Below, piece by piece: positions 34,871 through 45,674 of a stretch of 64,000 nt of DNA. The notes under the pieces were generated by a model. It was given only the letters and a program-made list of their open reading frames with translations. It had not been told where the DNA came from and searched no databases. The stretch is from an uncultured bacterium. GTDB lineage: Bacteria > Margulisbacteria > WOR-1 > CAVSGV01. The stretch is taken from assembly GCA_963768305.1 (NCBI GenBank), contig CAVYHE010000003.1:32001-96000 (forward strand). The letters are read 5' to 3'. Every line of letters begins with the position of its first letter. The stretch's first letter is position 1. A program made the translations under genes and the position numbers.

Positions 34871-37016
34871 ATGAAGAGATATCGAGATGAAAAAGGCCCG
34901 ACACTGAAGTGTCGGATAATTTTAACAGCGGCTTTGGTCGCGGGTCTTTTTCTGCCGCTTCCCTGCTTTGCCGATAATGATGTCGCCATATCCGTTAACG
35001 GCAGCAACATCCACCAGGACGAATTTGATTATATTTTCAAGAACGCCACTGTCGGTATCAATGATGAGGATGTGCTTGAACAAAAAAGAAAAGAGCTTAT
35101 CGACAGCCTCATAGACAGCCAGCTGTACATTCAGGAAGCCAAAAGGCGCGGGATAACCGCAAGGATGTTCGCGGGCGAAGAGGAAATAGACGAACTGCTT
35201 CTGGCGAATCCCGTGCCTACTTCCGAAGAAAAAGCCGCGCGCGACAGGGCTGAGCGGATCATATTGAAATACAAGGAAAGCCAGATACTTCCCTTAAAGG
35301 TCATGTCCGCCCTTAGAGAGGATATCTCTGAGGATGATGTGAATGTGATGGAGGAATATTATAAGAGAGCGGATAAGATCAGGATCAAATATATAAAGGT
35401 CGATCCATATGCTATTGCTGATGACATGGAGATATCCGAGGGTGATATCAAGGACTATTACAGGAGCCACGGCGACCAGTTCAAAAAGCCGGCGGTGAAG
35501 AGATACAGGATATTGTATTTCGATCCGGCCGATTACGTTACCCAGGTCAATCTGACGCCTTCGAGGGAGCTCGAATATTACAACAGCCATTGGAACGATA
35601 TTCAAAGCGACAAGCAGGTAGGACGTGAAATATGTCCTTTTCAGGCCGAAGGATTATATCGACCAGCTTATCGACCTTGGCGTCAACACGAGGCAGTATT
35701 ATCAGGAGAACCTGGATAATTTTTTTGAGCCCGCCGAGGCAAAGATCAGGATGATCTCGCTGAAAAAGCCGCTGGACCAAAAAAAGCTCCATGACCTGCA
35801 GAACGAGATTAAACATTGGGCCTCGTTCTCCGAGCTGGCAAAGAAATATTCCGACGATACCTTTACCGCCGCGAACGGCGGGGATATGGGGATAATAAAA
35901 AAAGGACAGCTGAAAGAGCCTTTCAACAGCATTGTGTTCGCAATGCAGCCAGGGGGGATAAGTGAACCGGTAGAATCTGACAATGAATATGATATTTTTT
36001 ATGTTGAACAGAAAAAAGAAGGTTATATCCAGCCATTCGATGAAGTGAAGGGGAAGATAGAGGAGCAGCTTCTTTCAGATGCCGCGGACCCCCTCGCACT
36101 GGCGGATGCCAAAAGGTTCAAAGTTGAGGCAAAAAAATACGGTTTCGAGAGATGCGCTGCGAACAGGAAATTCACGGTTTACGAGACCGGCCTTTTCGGC
36201 GTCAATGACAGGATACCCGCTTTTCCCGACGATCAGCTGTTCAAAAGAACGGCGCTTGGCCTCGGCTCCGGGGAGGTGAGCGATGAAATATCCTGCGGCG
36301 GAGCCTATGTCGTACTGGAAGCGTTCGATGTCCGCAACGGCATTCCGCGGTCCTTCAACTTGACATCCCCGGAAGTCGCGGAAAAGATCATTCACGAGGA
36401 TTCGTCCGCTTATGCCGCGTCAGATGCGGGCTTTGCGCTTAAGCTTCTTTCCGGAAATACATCATTTGATGAGCTGAAGAAAAGGGTGAAATTCCATGAT
36501 TCTATCTCTGATTCGCCCACATTTGAAAGCGCCGCGAAGGATCAAAGCGTGATCAAAGCCGGGGAGGGCTTCTGCATAGCGCTGCCTTATGATGAAGAGG
36601 CCGCTTATGTTCTTCCTTTTGAACAGGTGGCCGCGCAAGCTGCTTCAGATGCGGTCCTGGAAAAAGCTGACAAAATCGCTGAAGCAAAAGCTGCCCAGAT
36701 CCTGGCATCCGGCGAGGTAACTACCGAAGCTGCCACAGATGCTGTCTTTGCAAGAGGAGATTATGTCGTGAACAAGGAATATGTCCGTCCTTTGATAGAG
36801 CAATGCTCGGAAATGCAAGAGGGGCAGACCGGCATCATAAAAAGTTCCGGAAGATATTATGTCGTCCATGTCCTTCAGCAAGCGATGGAAATTCCCGGAT
36901 ACAAGGATGACAACGCTGTGATAAAATCGGAAGTGCTGAAAGAAAAAAGGGCGGAATATATAAAGGATTGGCTGAACAAGGAGAGAGAGAAGGCACAGGT
37001 CCAGATCAATATATGA
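34871..37016 (+). CDS. periplasmic SurA/PpiD-like parvulin chaperone (frameshift near 35620)
   Basis: Signal sequence; SurA-N-like helices; FSELAKKYSDD...GGDMG, ISEPVES. Confidence 0.8.
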
Positions 37017-38134
37017 AGAAACTGGTTCTATCAACGATATTCATCTTTTTATTTTGCCGCGTTGCGGGGGCGACAAGCATTGAAACGGCGCATTTTTCCG
37101 ATAATGAATTATCCACCGGCGTTGTTTCGTTAAATTTGGACAGTTTCCATGTGGATACTGCTTACGGATTAACTCTCAATGCGGATCTTTCCGGAAAAAA
37201 TTACGGTTTAGAATCAATTGTGAACAGGTATATGGAATATGATAACGGAAGGTTCGGCATCAGATATGCTCCAATTGAGGACATGAGTTTCGGCTGCGGG
37301 CTGCTCTTGAACGACCTGAGCACCGCGTATTCCCAGCCGGCATTCCTCACGAACGACCAGAGCGGCCTGCGCGTCTATTATGATTTTGACAGCTTTGTAC
37401 TTGAAGCCATAGGGACATATTCCCATCTTTACGGGGTGAGAATGAAAAATATTAAATTGCTTAATTTGGATCTTGGCTTTGAATGTGTTGGCGATGCCGG
37501 AGCGGCAACAAGGGAAGGATACGGAAGCCGGCTTACGGGCGGATACGCGGAACTTCCTGTCACGGATATGATAAGCCTGTTCGCGGAAGGCGGCAGTTCT
37601 TCGAACGGGGGAGAGGGGAGCATGGCAGGGGTTTCCGCGGATTACGACCTGATATTCGCTTTCGCCAGGATGACCGCCGCATCTGTTTCAATGAACAACA
37701 AATTCATTCCCGGCTATTTCACGGCGGGATATGAAACGGATCCTGTCGATCTTACTTCACTTGAAGCGGACGACTCGCAAAGATACGGGACGATGTTCAA
37801 TTTCGATGTAGGGATACTTGGTTTCATAGCTTTTAATTATTGCAATGAAAATTATAAGGACGGCGGCAGCGCAAATTCCGGAAGCTTCCTTATTTCACCT
37901 CTGGACAGATTGAATATCACAGGGTTCATAAAGGAATTTTCATTCTCGGATTTCAGGCCTATTCAAGGGCAAGATTCCAATATTCTCGGCGGTACAATCG
38001 ATTACAAGCTGGTGAACGGCCTTTACGCTTCGTTGAATTATAAAAAATCGCTGGCTAATCCAGAGCTGGGTCTTGAAAGCGATCCGCTGAAACCGGTTGA
38101 GACCTGGTATTTCAAGCTCGGCTATCAATTTTGA
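37013..38134 (+). CDS. putative outer-membrane beta-barrel protein
   Basis: Signal peptide, amphipathic beta strands, C-terminal YFKLGYQF beta-signal. Confidence 0.7.
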   Translation: MKKLVLSTIFIFLFCRVAGATSIETAHFSDNELSTGVVSLNLDSFHVDTAYGLTLNADLSGKNYGLESIVNRYMEYDNGRFGIRYAPIEDMSFGCGLLLNDLSTAYSQPAFLTNDQSGLRVYYDFDSFVLEAIGTYSHLYGVRMKNIKLLNLDLGFECVGDAGAATREGYGSRLTGGYAELPVTDMISLFAEGGSSSNGGEGSMAGVSADYDLIFAFARMTAASVSMNNKFIPGYFTAGYETDPVDLTSLEADDSQRYGTMFNFDVGILGFIAFNYCNENYKDGGSANSGSFLISPLDRLNITGFIKEFSFSDFRPIQGQDSNILGGTIDYKLVNGLYASLNYKKSLANPELGLESDPLKPVETWYFKLGYQF

Positions 38135-38695
38135 CGGAACCTTTTCTTAATATCTGAAGTTTTCCGTTTGTGACTGCAATAACCGATGAAGGCGCGCCAA
38201 TTTTACATTTCCCGCCGTCGATCTTCAGATCGACCCCTTTAAGTCTTTTTAACTGATCGGCCGATACGGCAGGCTTTTCCCCTGAAATGTTCGCGGATGT
38301 CACCGCAAGCGCGCCGCCTGCTTTTTTTATCAAAGCCAGAGCGATCCTGTTTTTCGGCATCCTTATCCCGATCGACGGCAATCCGGCGGTCAGAAAATCA
38401 GGGACCGATCTCTTTTTTTGAATATCAGTGTCAGCGGGCCCGGCCAATGCTTGGCGATCAATTTTCTCGCGGCAGGGGGAATATCAGCAGCGAATTTGGA
38501 GGCCATACTTTTTGAGCTTATCAATAGCGCGACGGGCTTATGCTTTTCTCTTTTCTTGATATTGTAAAGTTTGCGAACCGCCTTTTTGTCGAACGGCATA
38601 GCCGCTATCCCGTAAACGGTGTCAGTGGGAAAAGCCACGATCCCGCCGGCTTTCAATATATGAACAGCTGATCTTATCAATTTCCTGTCTCTCAT
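38112..38695 (-). CDS. tsaC: L-threonylcarbamoyladenylate synthase (frameshift near 38410)
   Basis: AFPTDTVYGI, KKR..KP, WPGPLT, GIRMP, TSANISG. Confidence 0.92.
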
Positions 38696-38721
38696 CTCTT
38701 ATCTCCGATCTCTCTTCCCTT

Positions 38722-38750
38722 ATTATATGTAATGGAATTTCATGCGGCAA
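38722..38750 (-). promoter_or_regulatory. sigma70-type promoter of tsaC
   Basis: Minus strand TTGCCG-17 bp-TATAAT. Confidence 0.55.
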
Positions 38751-38751
38751 G

Positions 38752-38788
38752 GTGAAATTTCGGTCAAAAAATTACGATACGTATTCAG
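38752..38788 (+). promoter_or_regulatory. shared upstream motif, putative sigma28-like promoter (copy 1)
   Basis: gtGAAA-N15-TACGATACgtattcag; 27/37 ungapped identity to 63786-63822 (minus). Confidence 0.55.
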
Positions 38789-38845
38789 AAGGAAATTCGC
38801 GGCTCAGTAAGCCTTTTTTGGGAAAAACTTAAAGGAATAGTCATT

Positions 38846-39289
38846 ATGCCGGTTGACATACGAATAGACAGTTTATCAAAGATCGACAGTTTATCTAACG
38901 GATCTTCGACCGCGTATAAAGGGAGATGTCAGGTGAATGATTTTGCCAGTTCGACCAAAGGCACTTCCGGGCGCGCTCAGGTAAAACTCTACGGGAAGAT
39001 CGGTCTTTCAAACGCGGCCGTTGATTCCGTTGATATCGATATAGATGTTAAAGGCAGTTTGTATATTACGTCTGTCAAGGAAGTCAAATTGAACATCGCG
39101 GACATCAAGAAAAGGCATTATGTATTATCCGGCACGATGCCGCCGCAAGAAGGCAGCGATCCGGAGAAAACGGATATATTCACAGGTAGCTCCGATGAAG
39201 GGTCCGCTTACATTATTTTCAATAAGGAACATAAGGCCATTAAAAGGATATGGATCGTGGATTTTGGGATAAGTGAAAAGACAAAATAA
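38846..39289 (+). CDS. orphan hypothetical protein, Ser-rich N-terminus, no Sec signal
   Basis: 147-aa ORF, AAGGA upstream; begins MPVDIRIDSLSKIDSLS. Confidence 0.7.
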   Translation: MPVDIRIDSLSKIDSLSNGSSTAYKGRCQVNDFASSTKGTSGRAQVKLYGKIGLSNAAVDSVDIDIDVKGSLYITSVKEVKLNIADIKKRHYVLSGTMPPQEGSDPEKTDIFTGSSDEGSAYIIFNKEHKAIKRIWIVDFGISEKTK

Positions 39290-39406
39290 CTTTCATGTCA
39301 GAGTGCCGCTGCATTTCCTCTAAACCTCTTCTAACATCCATTTAATTGCCTCTTCAGCACAGGGCTGTATAATAATTAAAAATATGATAATATTAGGTCC
39401 ATCTAA

Positions 39407-40628
39407 ATGAAAAAAGCTTTATTTTGTTTGTCGATTATAATCTTTGTCTGCGCAACTGCTTATTCCCTGACATGGGACCAGGTGACTGACATAGGGTTGA
39501 AGAACAGCCACGACCTTATTTCCGCACAAAAACAGCTTGAATCGTCAGAATGGTCTTTCAGGAAATCATATTCCACATTCCTGCCGCAGATCTCGGGGAA
39601 TGTCGGGTTACGGACAGGACCTGATAACAGAAGGCAATCCGCAGACTTATTCTCTTGGTCTTTCTGCAAAAGAGAATCTTTTCCAGGGTATGGCGGATAT
39701 TTACGGCGTCCAATCCGCTTATGCCAGCCTTGAATTCCAGCGCGCTTCTTACCAGGCCTCAAAGGCGTCGGTATTGTACAATCTCAGGTCCGCTTTCGTG
39801 AATCTTATCACCGCCCAGAACAACGTTGACCTGCTTACCTTGATCCTTCAGCAGAGGCAGCAGAACACGAAAATGATACAGCTTAGTTATGACGGAGGGA
39901 ATGAGGACAAAGGCAACCTTCTTTCAACGCAGGCAAGCGAGGCGTCGGCAAGGTACGACCTGGTCGCGGCCAAAAGGGCGCTTGATATCGCTAAGCTGCA
40001 GCTATCGCAGCTGATGGGACAGGACGCATCCGGAGAGGTGCAAGACGTGCAGCCGTCATCTGCAGAGGCCGTCGACATACATACGCTTGCCACGCAGGCC
40101 CCTGCCTATATTGAAGCAAAAAAGACATATGAAATAGCCGATCTCGCCCAGAAGTCAGCTATTTCAGGATTCCTTCCGACCATTTCTGCGAACTACAGCG
40201 ACTCCAAGACCGGGGCCAACTGGCCGCCTGATACGGCATCCAAATCATGGGGGCTTAACCTTTCATACGACTTTTTTCCGGGGGGAAGCAACATAGCGGA
40301 CTGGGCCATATCTTCGGCGGCGGCGGACAGCGCAAAAGAGCAAATGTATCAGTCGTTAAATAACCTGGTACTTAACCTGAAGCAGGCTTATGAGAATTAC
40401 AGGGATTCGATGGACGCCCTGGATGTTGCCAAGCTCCAGCTGGCAGCTGACACGGAAAGAGCTAATATATCGACGGCAAAATACCTTGACGGGCTCATGT
40501 CATATGATGACTGGTCGGTGATACAAAATTCTTACATTCAATCTCAAAAAGGTGTAGTGAACGCCAAACAGGCGGCACTGCTGGCCGAAGCCGCCTGGCG
40601 AAATGCATATGGAGGGTGGGTGAAGTAA
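39407..40628 (+). CDS. TolC-family outer membrane efflux protein (frameshift near 39605)
   Basis: Signal peptide; two OEP repeats (FLPQIS, FLPTISA); precedes macA/macB-like genes. Confidence 0.88.
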
Positions 40629-40672
40629 GTGGCTAGTTGTCAGATATCAATAATTAGGAGGAGAATGATAAT

Positions 40673-41623
40673 ATGAAAAAAGCAGGCTTTTTAATTTTAG
40701 CGGTTATGGTGTTGGTGATCATTTCAGGATGCGGGCAAAAACCAAAGAAATCGCTCGAGGTTATCCAGGTCACGAAAGGCACGATACAAGCGCTGGTCTC
40801 CACCACAGGGACGGTTGCGCCGTACCACAGGCTGGAGATCATGCCGCCGATATCCGGAAGGATCGATTCTGTGCTCGTGGCGGAAGGCGACGTGGTGAAA
40901 AAAGGGCAGATACTTGCCATGATGAGTTCTTCCGATAGGGCAGCGCTTCTGGACGCTGCTCGCGCAAAAGGTGCGGCGGAGTATAAGAAGTGGGCGGATG
41001 TTTACAAGCCTGCTCCTATAATAGCGCCGCTGGATGGTTTCATAATCCTGAAGAGCATTGTACCCGGTCAGACCGTTACCAACGCATATTCGGTCCTTTC
41101 AATGGCCGATATGCTTATAGTGCAAGCGCAGGTGGATGAGACGGACCTCGGGAATGTTTCTCTGGGTCAGTCGGTGGACATGCAGCTTGATGCTTATCCC
41201 GGAAAGATCATAAAAGGGAAAGTGGCGCATATAGAATATGACGCCCAGATCGTGAATAACGTGACGATATACGTTGTGTACGTCATGCCGGTCAAAGTGC
41301 CTCCTTATTTCCGTTCAGGAATGAGCGCGACGGTCGATTTTATCACGCAGGAAAAAGACAATGTCCTGCTTATCCCGATAAGAGCCATCAAACAGATCGG
41401 GCCAACAACTTATGCCTTCCAGTATGACAACGGCTCAAAAACAGCAAAGCCGATACAGATAAAAACTGGCCTTCAGGACGCCAACAATGCCGAGCTTATT
41501 TCAGGTTTAAAGGAAGGCGACAAGATCGCTGTGCCCGACAAAACAATGATATCTGCGCTAGAAGCGCAGACAAGCAGAAGACCCAGAGGCATAGGTAACC
41601 CGTTCCAGAGAAAAACCCAATGA
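40673..41623 (+). CDS. MacA-like periplasmic adaptor lipoprotein
   Basis: Lipobox ISGC; ISGRI..V.V.EGD.VKKGQ, IIAPLDG, VDETD, RSGMSA. Confidence 0.9.
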   Translation: MKKAGFLILAVMVLVIISGCGQKPKKSLEVIQVTKGTIQALVSTTGTVAPYHRLEIMPPISGRIDSVLVAEGDVVKKGQILAMMSSSDRAALLDAARAKGAAEYKKWADVYKPAPIIAPLDGFIILKSIVPGQTVTNAYSVLSMADMLIVQAQVDETDLGNVSLGQSVDMQLDAYPGKIIKGKVAHIEYDAQIVNNVTIYVVYVMPVKVPPYFRSGMSATVDFITQEKDNVLLIPIRAIKQIGPTTYAFQYDNGSKTAKPIQIKTGLQDANNAELISGLKEGDKIAVPDKTMISALEAQTSRRPRGIGNPFQRKTQ

Positions 41624-43582
41624 GCCTTATCGAGCTTAAAGATATCCACAAGACCTATTACATAGGCGGTACGATCCCGGTTTACGCCCTTCAGGGAGTT
41701 TCTTTGTCCATCGAACCGGGAGAATTTGTCGCGATAATGGGGCCTTCCGGTTCCGGCAAATCCACCATGCTTGCAGTACTTGGCCTCCTTGATAAAGCCG
41801 AAAAAGGCGAATACTGGCTTCTGAACAAGAATATCTCCTCCATGCAGGAAAGCGATTATGCCAGGTTCCGCAACAGGTTCTTCGGGTTCGTTTTCCAGAC
41901 GTTCAATCTTCTTACAAAGCTCAACGTCATCGAGAACGCCATGCTCCCGTTCCTGTATGCCTCGGAGGTTACAAAAGAAAAACGCGAGAAAGTCGTTGAG
42001 ACGCTCAAATATATCGGGCTTGGCGACCGGCTGAAGCATAAATCCAATGAGCTTTCCGGCGGGCAGCAGCAAAGGGTCGCGCTCGGCAGGGCGCTTTCCA
42101 ACGATCCGATAGTGATACTTGCGGATGAGCCCACGGGAAATCTTGATTCAAAATCATCATACGAAATAATGAAGATATTCAAGGACCTTAACGCGGCGGG
42201 AAACACCATTATAATGGTGACGCATGAGCCGGACATTGCCGCGTTCGCTTCACGCGTCCTGGTGCTTCAGGACGGTAAAATAGTTTCCGACAAAAAGCAG
42301 GGCGAGTTCATAAAGCGCGAGGTCCCGGAAATGCCCAAGGAAAAAGGCGGCCGCTCCCGCCTGTCTTTTTTCGTGGACCTGAGGAACTACATAATAGAAG
42401 CGCTCAATTCGATCGCCAACAATAAACTCCGGTCCTTTCTTTCGATCCTCGGCGTCATGATAGGCGTCGCGGCGGTCATAACAATGCTGGCTCTCGGCAC
42501 CGGCGCCAGAATGAGCATGGAGAAGACGCATGTCGTCGCTGGGAACGAACCTTCTGACCATCCGCATGCAGAGGAGCCAGGGCGGAATATCTTTGGGGAT
42601 GGATACGTCCACCCGGTTCGATTTTAACGACCTTGCGGCGCTGCAGAAGATAGACACTCTGCAGTATGTGGTGCCTTATGTGCAGGGACGAGGCCAGGCG
42701 GTGAGCCAGGACAAGAATTGGAGCACCACGGTAATCGGCACTTCGGTGGATTTTCCAAAGGCCCGCGCCATGAACATACAGATGGGCAGGTACTTTACGG
42801 CTGCGGAAGCGAACAGCCGCGCAAAGGTGGCGGTGCTCGGGCAGACGGTGATTGACCAGCTGTACGGCGGGGCTAATCCGGTAGGGCAGATGATAAAGAT
42901 CAACAGGGTGGATTTCAATGTCATCGGCGTATTTGAGCCGCTGGGCGGCGCGGGTTTCAATAATCCTGATGACAGGATAGTGATACCGATGAAGACCGCG
43001 ATGTACCGCCTGCTCGGGACGGATTACATATCATATTTTGATGTGACGGTGAAGAACAAGGATGATATGCAGGATGCGCAGGATTCGATAACCAATGAGA
43101 TAATGCGCCTGCATAAGATGACGGAGGCGCAGAGGCAGAGCATAAGCATATTCAATATGGCAGACATTCAGGCGGCGACCAATTCGGTCATAACAACGCT
43201 GTCACTGCTGCTGGGCGCCGTTGCTGCGGTGAGCTTGCTCGTTGGCGGCATCGGGATAATGAACATAATGCTTGTCATGGTCATGGAGAGGACGCACGAG
43301 ATCGGCCTTCGAAAAGCGCTTGGCGCGCAGAGAAGCGATATTCTTATCCAATTCTTGACGGAAGCGGTTTCGATCTGTTTCCTTGGCGGTATTCTGGGTA
43401 TTATTTTTGGATGCGTAATTTCGCTGCTTCTTTCATCGCTTGCCAACTGGACAACTTATATTTCCACGGGATCCGTTGTCCTTTCTTTCACGTTCTCGGT
43501 GCTTACCGGCGTGATATTCGGCCTATGGCCCGCGATGAGAGCTTCAAAAATGCTGCCGATAGAAGCTTTGAGGTACGAGTAG
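41620..43582 (+). CDS. macB: MacB-like fused ABC ATPase/permease (frameshift near 42525)
   Basis: GPSGSGKST, LSGGQQQRV, ADEPTGNLD; GGIGIMNIML, ERTHEIGLRKALGA, PIEALRYE. Confidence 0.88.
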
Positions 43583-43590
43583 GGAAAATT

Positions 43591-43944
43591 GAGCAGCCCT
43601 GTAAGCCGGATTCTGTGTTTGTGTAGTCATCTGTCTTGATCTGACATTACTGCCAGATTCTTTGCGGCCTACTCGAGATCATAACGCCACGCGCCGGCTT
43701 TCTCTGTTTGGCCTTGCTCCGGGTCGGGTTTTCAGCACCTGCAGTTGCCTGCATTGTGCGGGAGCTTTTACCTCCCGTTTTCACCATCGCTCTTGACCCT
43801 TTAGGGGCCGGTGAGCTGTGTACTTTCTGTTGCACTTTCCGTCCCCGATCTTCATCGGAGCCCAGCCGTTAGCTGGGACCCTGCGCTTTGGAGTCCGGAC
43901 TTTCCTCCCTCGACTTTACGTCGGGGCGACTACCCGGGCTGCTC
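43591..43944 (-). ncRNA. rnpB: RNase P RNA, class A
   Basis: Minus strand GAGGAAAGTCCGGACTCC near the 5' end, ACAGAATCCGGCTTAC near the 3' end, complementary termini GAGCAGCCC/GGGCTGCTC. Confidence 0.96.
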
Positions 43945-43960
43945 GATGGATATATTACAC

Positions 43961-44389
43961 TTATTTGATGAGTTTGAGAAGGGGCTTTGTTCTGTGGTGA
44001 AGGTCAATGCCTTCGTTCGCCATTTTGTCGGCATACTCGTTCTTTTCCCTTGTGACGTGTTTTATGGAGAATTCCTTCATCCTGTCGATCAATGTCAATA
44101 TGTGATAATGCAAAGGCACTAGATTCTCATGCTTTACCTTGTATTCTCCGTTAAGCTGCTTCACAAGGAGTTCGCTGTCAGAGAAAAAGTTTGCCGACCT
44201 GAAGCCTCTCATTAAGACCTCTTCCAGCCCCCTGATGAGAGAAAGATATTCAGCCACGTTGTTCGTGGCGCTGCCTATGTACGCGCCGATCTCTTCAATC
44301 ACTTTCGGCCCGTCCTTTATAACGACCCCGATCCCCGCGGGACCCGGGTTTCCGCGTGCCGCGCCGTCTATATAAACTTCTATCGCCAT
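43961..44389 (-). CDS. rnhA: ribonuclease HI
   Basis: IDGAARGNPGPAG, TNNVAEY, DSELLVKQ, REKNEYAD.MAN. Confidence 0.93.
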   Translation of the reverse strand: MAIEVYIDGAARGNPGPAGIGVVIKDGPKVIEEIGAYIGSATNNVAEYLSLIRGLEEVLMRGFRSANFFSDSELLVKQLNGEYKVKHENLVPLHYHILTLIDRMKEFSIKHVTREKNEYADKMANEGIDLHHRTKPLLKLIK

Positions 44390-44441
44390 GGCGAAAGTAT
44401 ACCATATTGTCTTGCCCTCTGAAATACTGTAAAATCGCCTT

Positions 44442-44903
44442 GTGCGCCATGAAAAATTCATGAAAGCCGCGCTGGAAGAGGCGCGCAAAGGCTTCAAAAA
44501 AGATGAGGTCCCTGTCGGCGCGGTAATTGTAGTGAACGGAAGGATCGTTGCCAAGGCTCATAATCTCAGGGAATCATTAATTGATCCCACGGCTCACGCG
44601 GAAATCCTTTGTATAAAGAAAGCCGCGAAAAAACTTGGCGGCTGGAGATTGAATAACGCTGTCCTGTATACGACTCTTGAGCCTTGTCCCATGTGCGCCG
44701 GGGCGATCGTTCATGCGAGGGTTGGGGAACTCGTTTACGGCGCCGATGACCCGAAGGCAGGCGCGTGCGGCAGCATAATGAACGTTGTTTCGTCAAAACA
44801 TCTGAACCATAAGGTTAAAGTGTTATCCGGCATCTTGAGATCGGAAAGTTCGCAGATATTAAAGCGGTTTTTTGAGAAGCTGAGATCAAGGAGAGGTGGC
44901 TGA
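44442..44903 (+). CDS. tadA: tRNA adenosine(34) deaminase
   Basis: [30 protein letters not shown]. Confidence 0.94.
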   Translation: MRHEKFMKAALEEARKGFKKDEVPVGAVIVVNGRIVAKAHNLRESLIDPTAHAEILCIKKAAKKLGGWRLNNAVLYTTLEPCPMCAGAIVHARVGELVYGADDPKAGACGSIMNVVSSKHLNHKVKVLSGILRSESSQILKRFFEKLRSRRGG

Positions 44904-44976
44904 GTGGTCGAAAGCGCACGCCTGGAAAGTGTGTATACTCGAAAGAGTATCGTGGGTTCGAATCCCACCCTCTCCG
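44890..44976 (+). tRNA. tRNA-Ser(GGA)
   Basis: GGAGAGG/CCTCTCC acceptor stem, loop CT-GGA-AA, long variable arm, GTTCGAATC; CCA not encoded. Confidence 0.95.
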
Positions 44977-44983
44977 TGTAATT

Positions 44984-45547
44984 ATGAAAAAACCCCCTCA
45001 ATTAACATATGTTATGTTCAACAAGCCTTACGGTGTTCTGTGCCAGTATACGGATGCCGAGGGCAGGCCGACCTTGAAGAACTATATACCCATCAAGAAC
45101 ATTTATTCCGTCGGGCGGCTGGACATGGATACCGAAGGGCTTCTTCTTCTTACGAATGACGGCGACCTGAACCACTGGCTGGCAAGCCCGAAGAACAGGA
45201 TGTACAAGACTTACAGGGCGCAAGTGGAAGGCATTCCTTCGGAGGAACAGATCGATCAGCTAAAGCATGGCGTCATCATAGATGGCAGGAAAACGCTTCC
45301 GGCAAAAGTTAAACAGATCGACGAACCAAAGCTATGGGAGAGGCCAAAACCTATCAGATTCAGAAAAACCGTGCCCACCTCCTGGCTTGAGATATCAATT
45401 ATGGAAGGAATGAACCGCCAGGTGAGGAAGATGACGGCATCGGTGGGACTCCCGTGCCTTCGCCTCATACGCGTTTCGCTTGGGCCTATGATCCTGGGAA
45501 ATCTTGCGCCCGGGGAATATAAGATAGTTCCCAAACCGAGGATTTAA
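44984..45547 (+). CDS. RsuA/RluE-family pseudouridine synthase
   Basis: FNKPYGV, VGRLDMDTEGLLLLTNDG, EGMNRQVRKM, LRLIR. Confidence 0.92.
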   Translation: MKKPPQLTYVMFNKPYGVLCQYTDAEGRPTLKNYIPIKNIYSVGRLDMDTEGLLLLTNDGDLNHWLASPKNRMYKTYRAQVEGIPSEEQIDQLKHGVIIDGRKTLPAKVKQIDEPKLWERPKPIRFRKTVPTSWLEISIMEGMNRQVRKMTASVGLPCLRLIRVSLGPMILGNLAPGEYKIVPKPRI

Positions 45548-45566
45548 ATATATACTAGTTGTGTAA

Positions 45567-45653
45567 GGAGAGGTGGCTGAGTGGTTGAAAGCGCTCGCCT
45601 CGAAAGCGAGTATACTCGAAAGAGTATCGGGGGTTCAAATCCCTCCCTCTCCG
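45567..45653 (+). tRNA. tRNA-Ser(CGA)
   Basis: GGAGAGG/CCTCTCC acceptor stem, loop CT-CGA-AA, long variable arm, GTTCAAATC; CCA not encoded. Confidence 0.95.
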
Positions 45654-45674
45654 TTTAACTTTAGGAGAGCATAA

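Noticed and set aside
38738..39297. 7-bp direct repeat TTTCATG flanking the 147-aa orphan gene
   Set aside because: Too short to distinguish from chance; revisit only if relatives show an empty site.
44890..45653. tRNA-Ser pair as attL/attR of an integrated element
   Set aside because: Both are full-length tRNAs with different anticodons around a housekeeping gene; no integrase.
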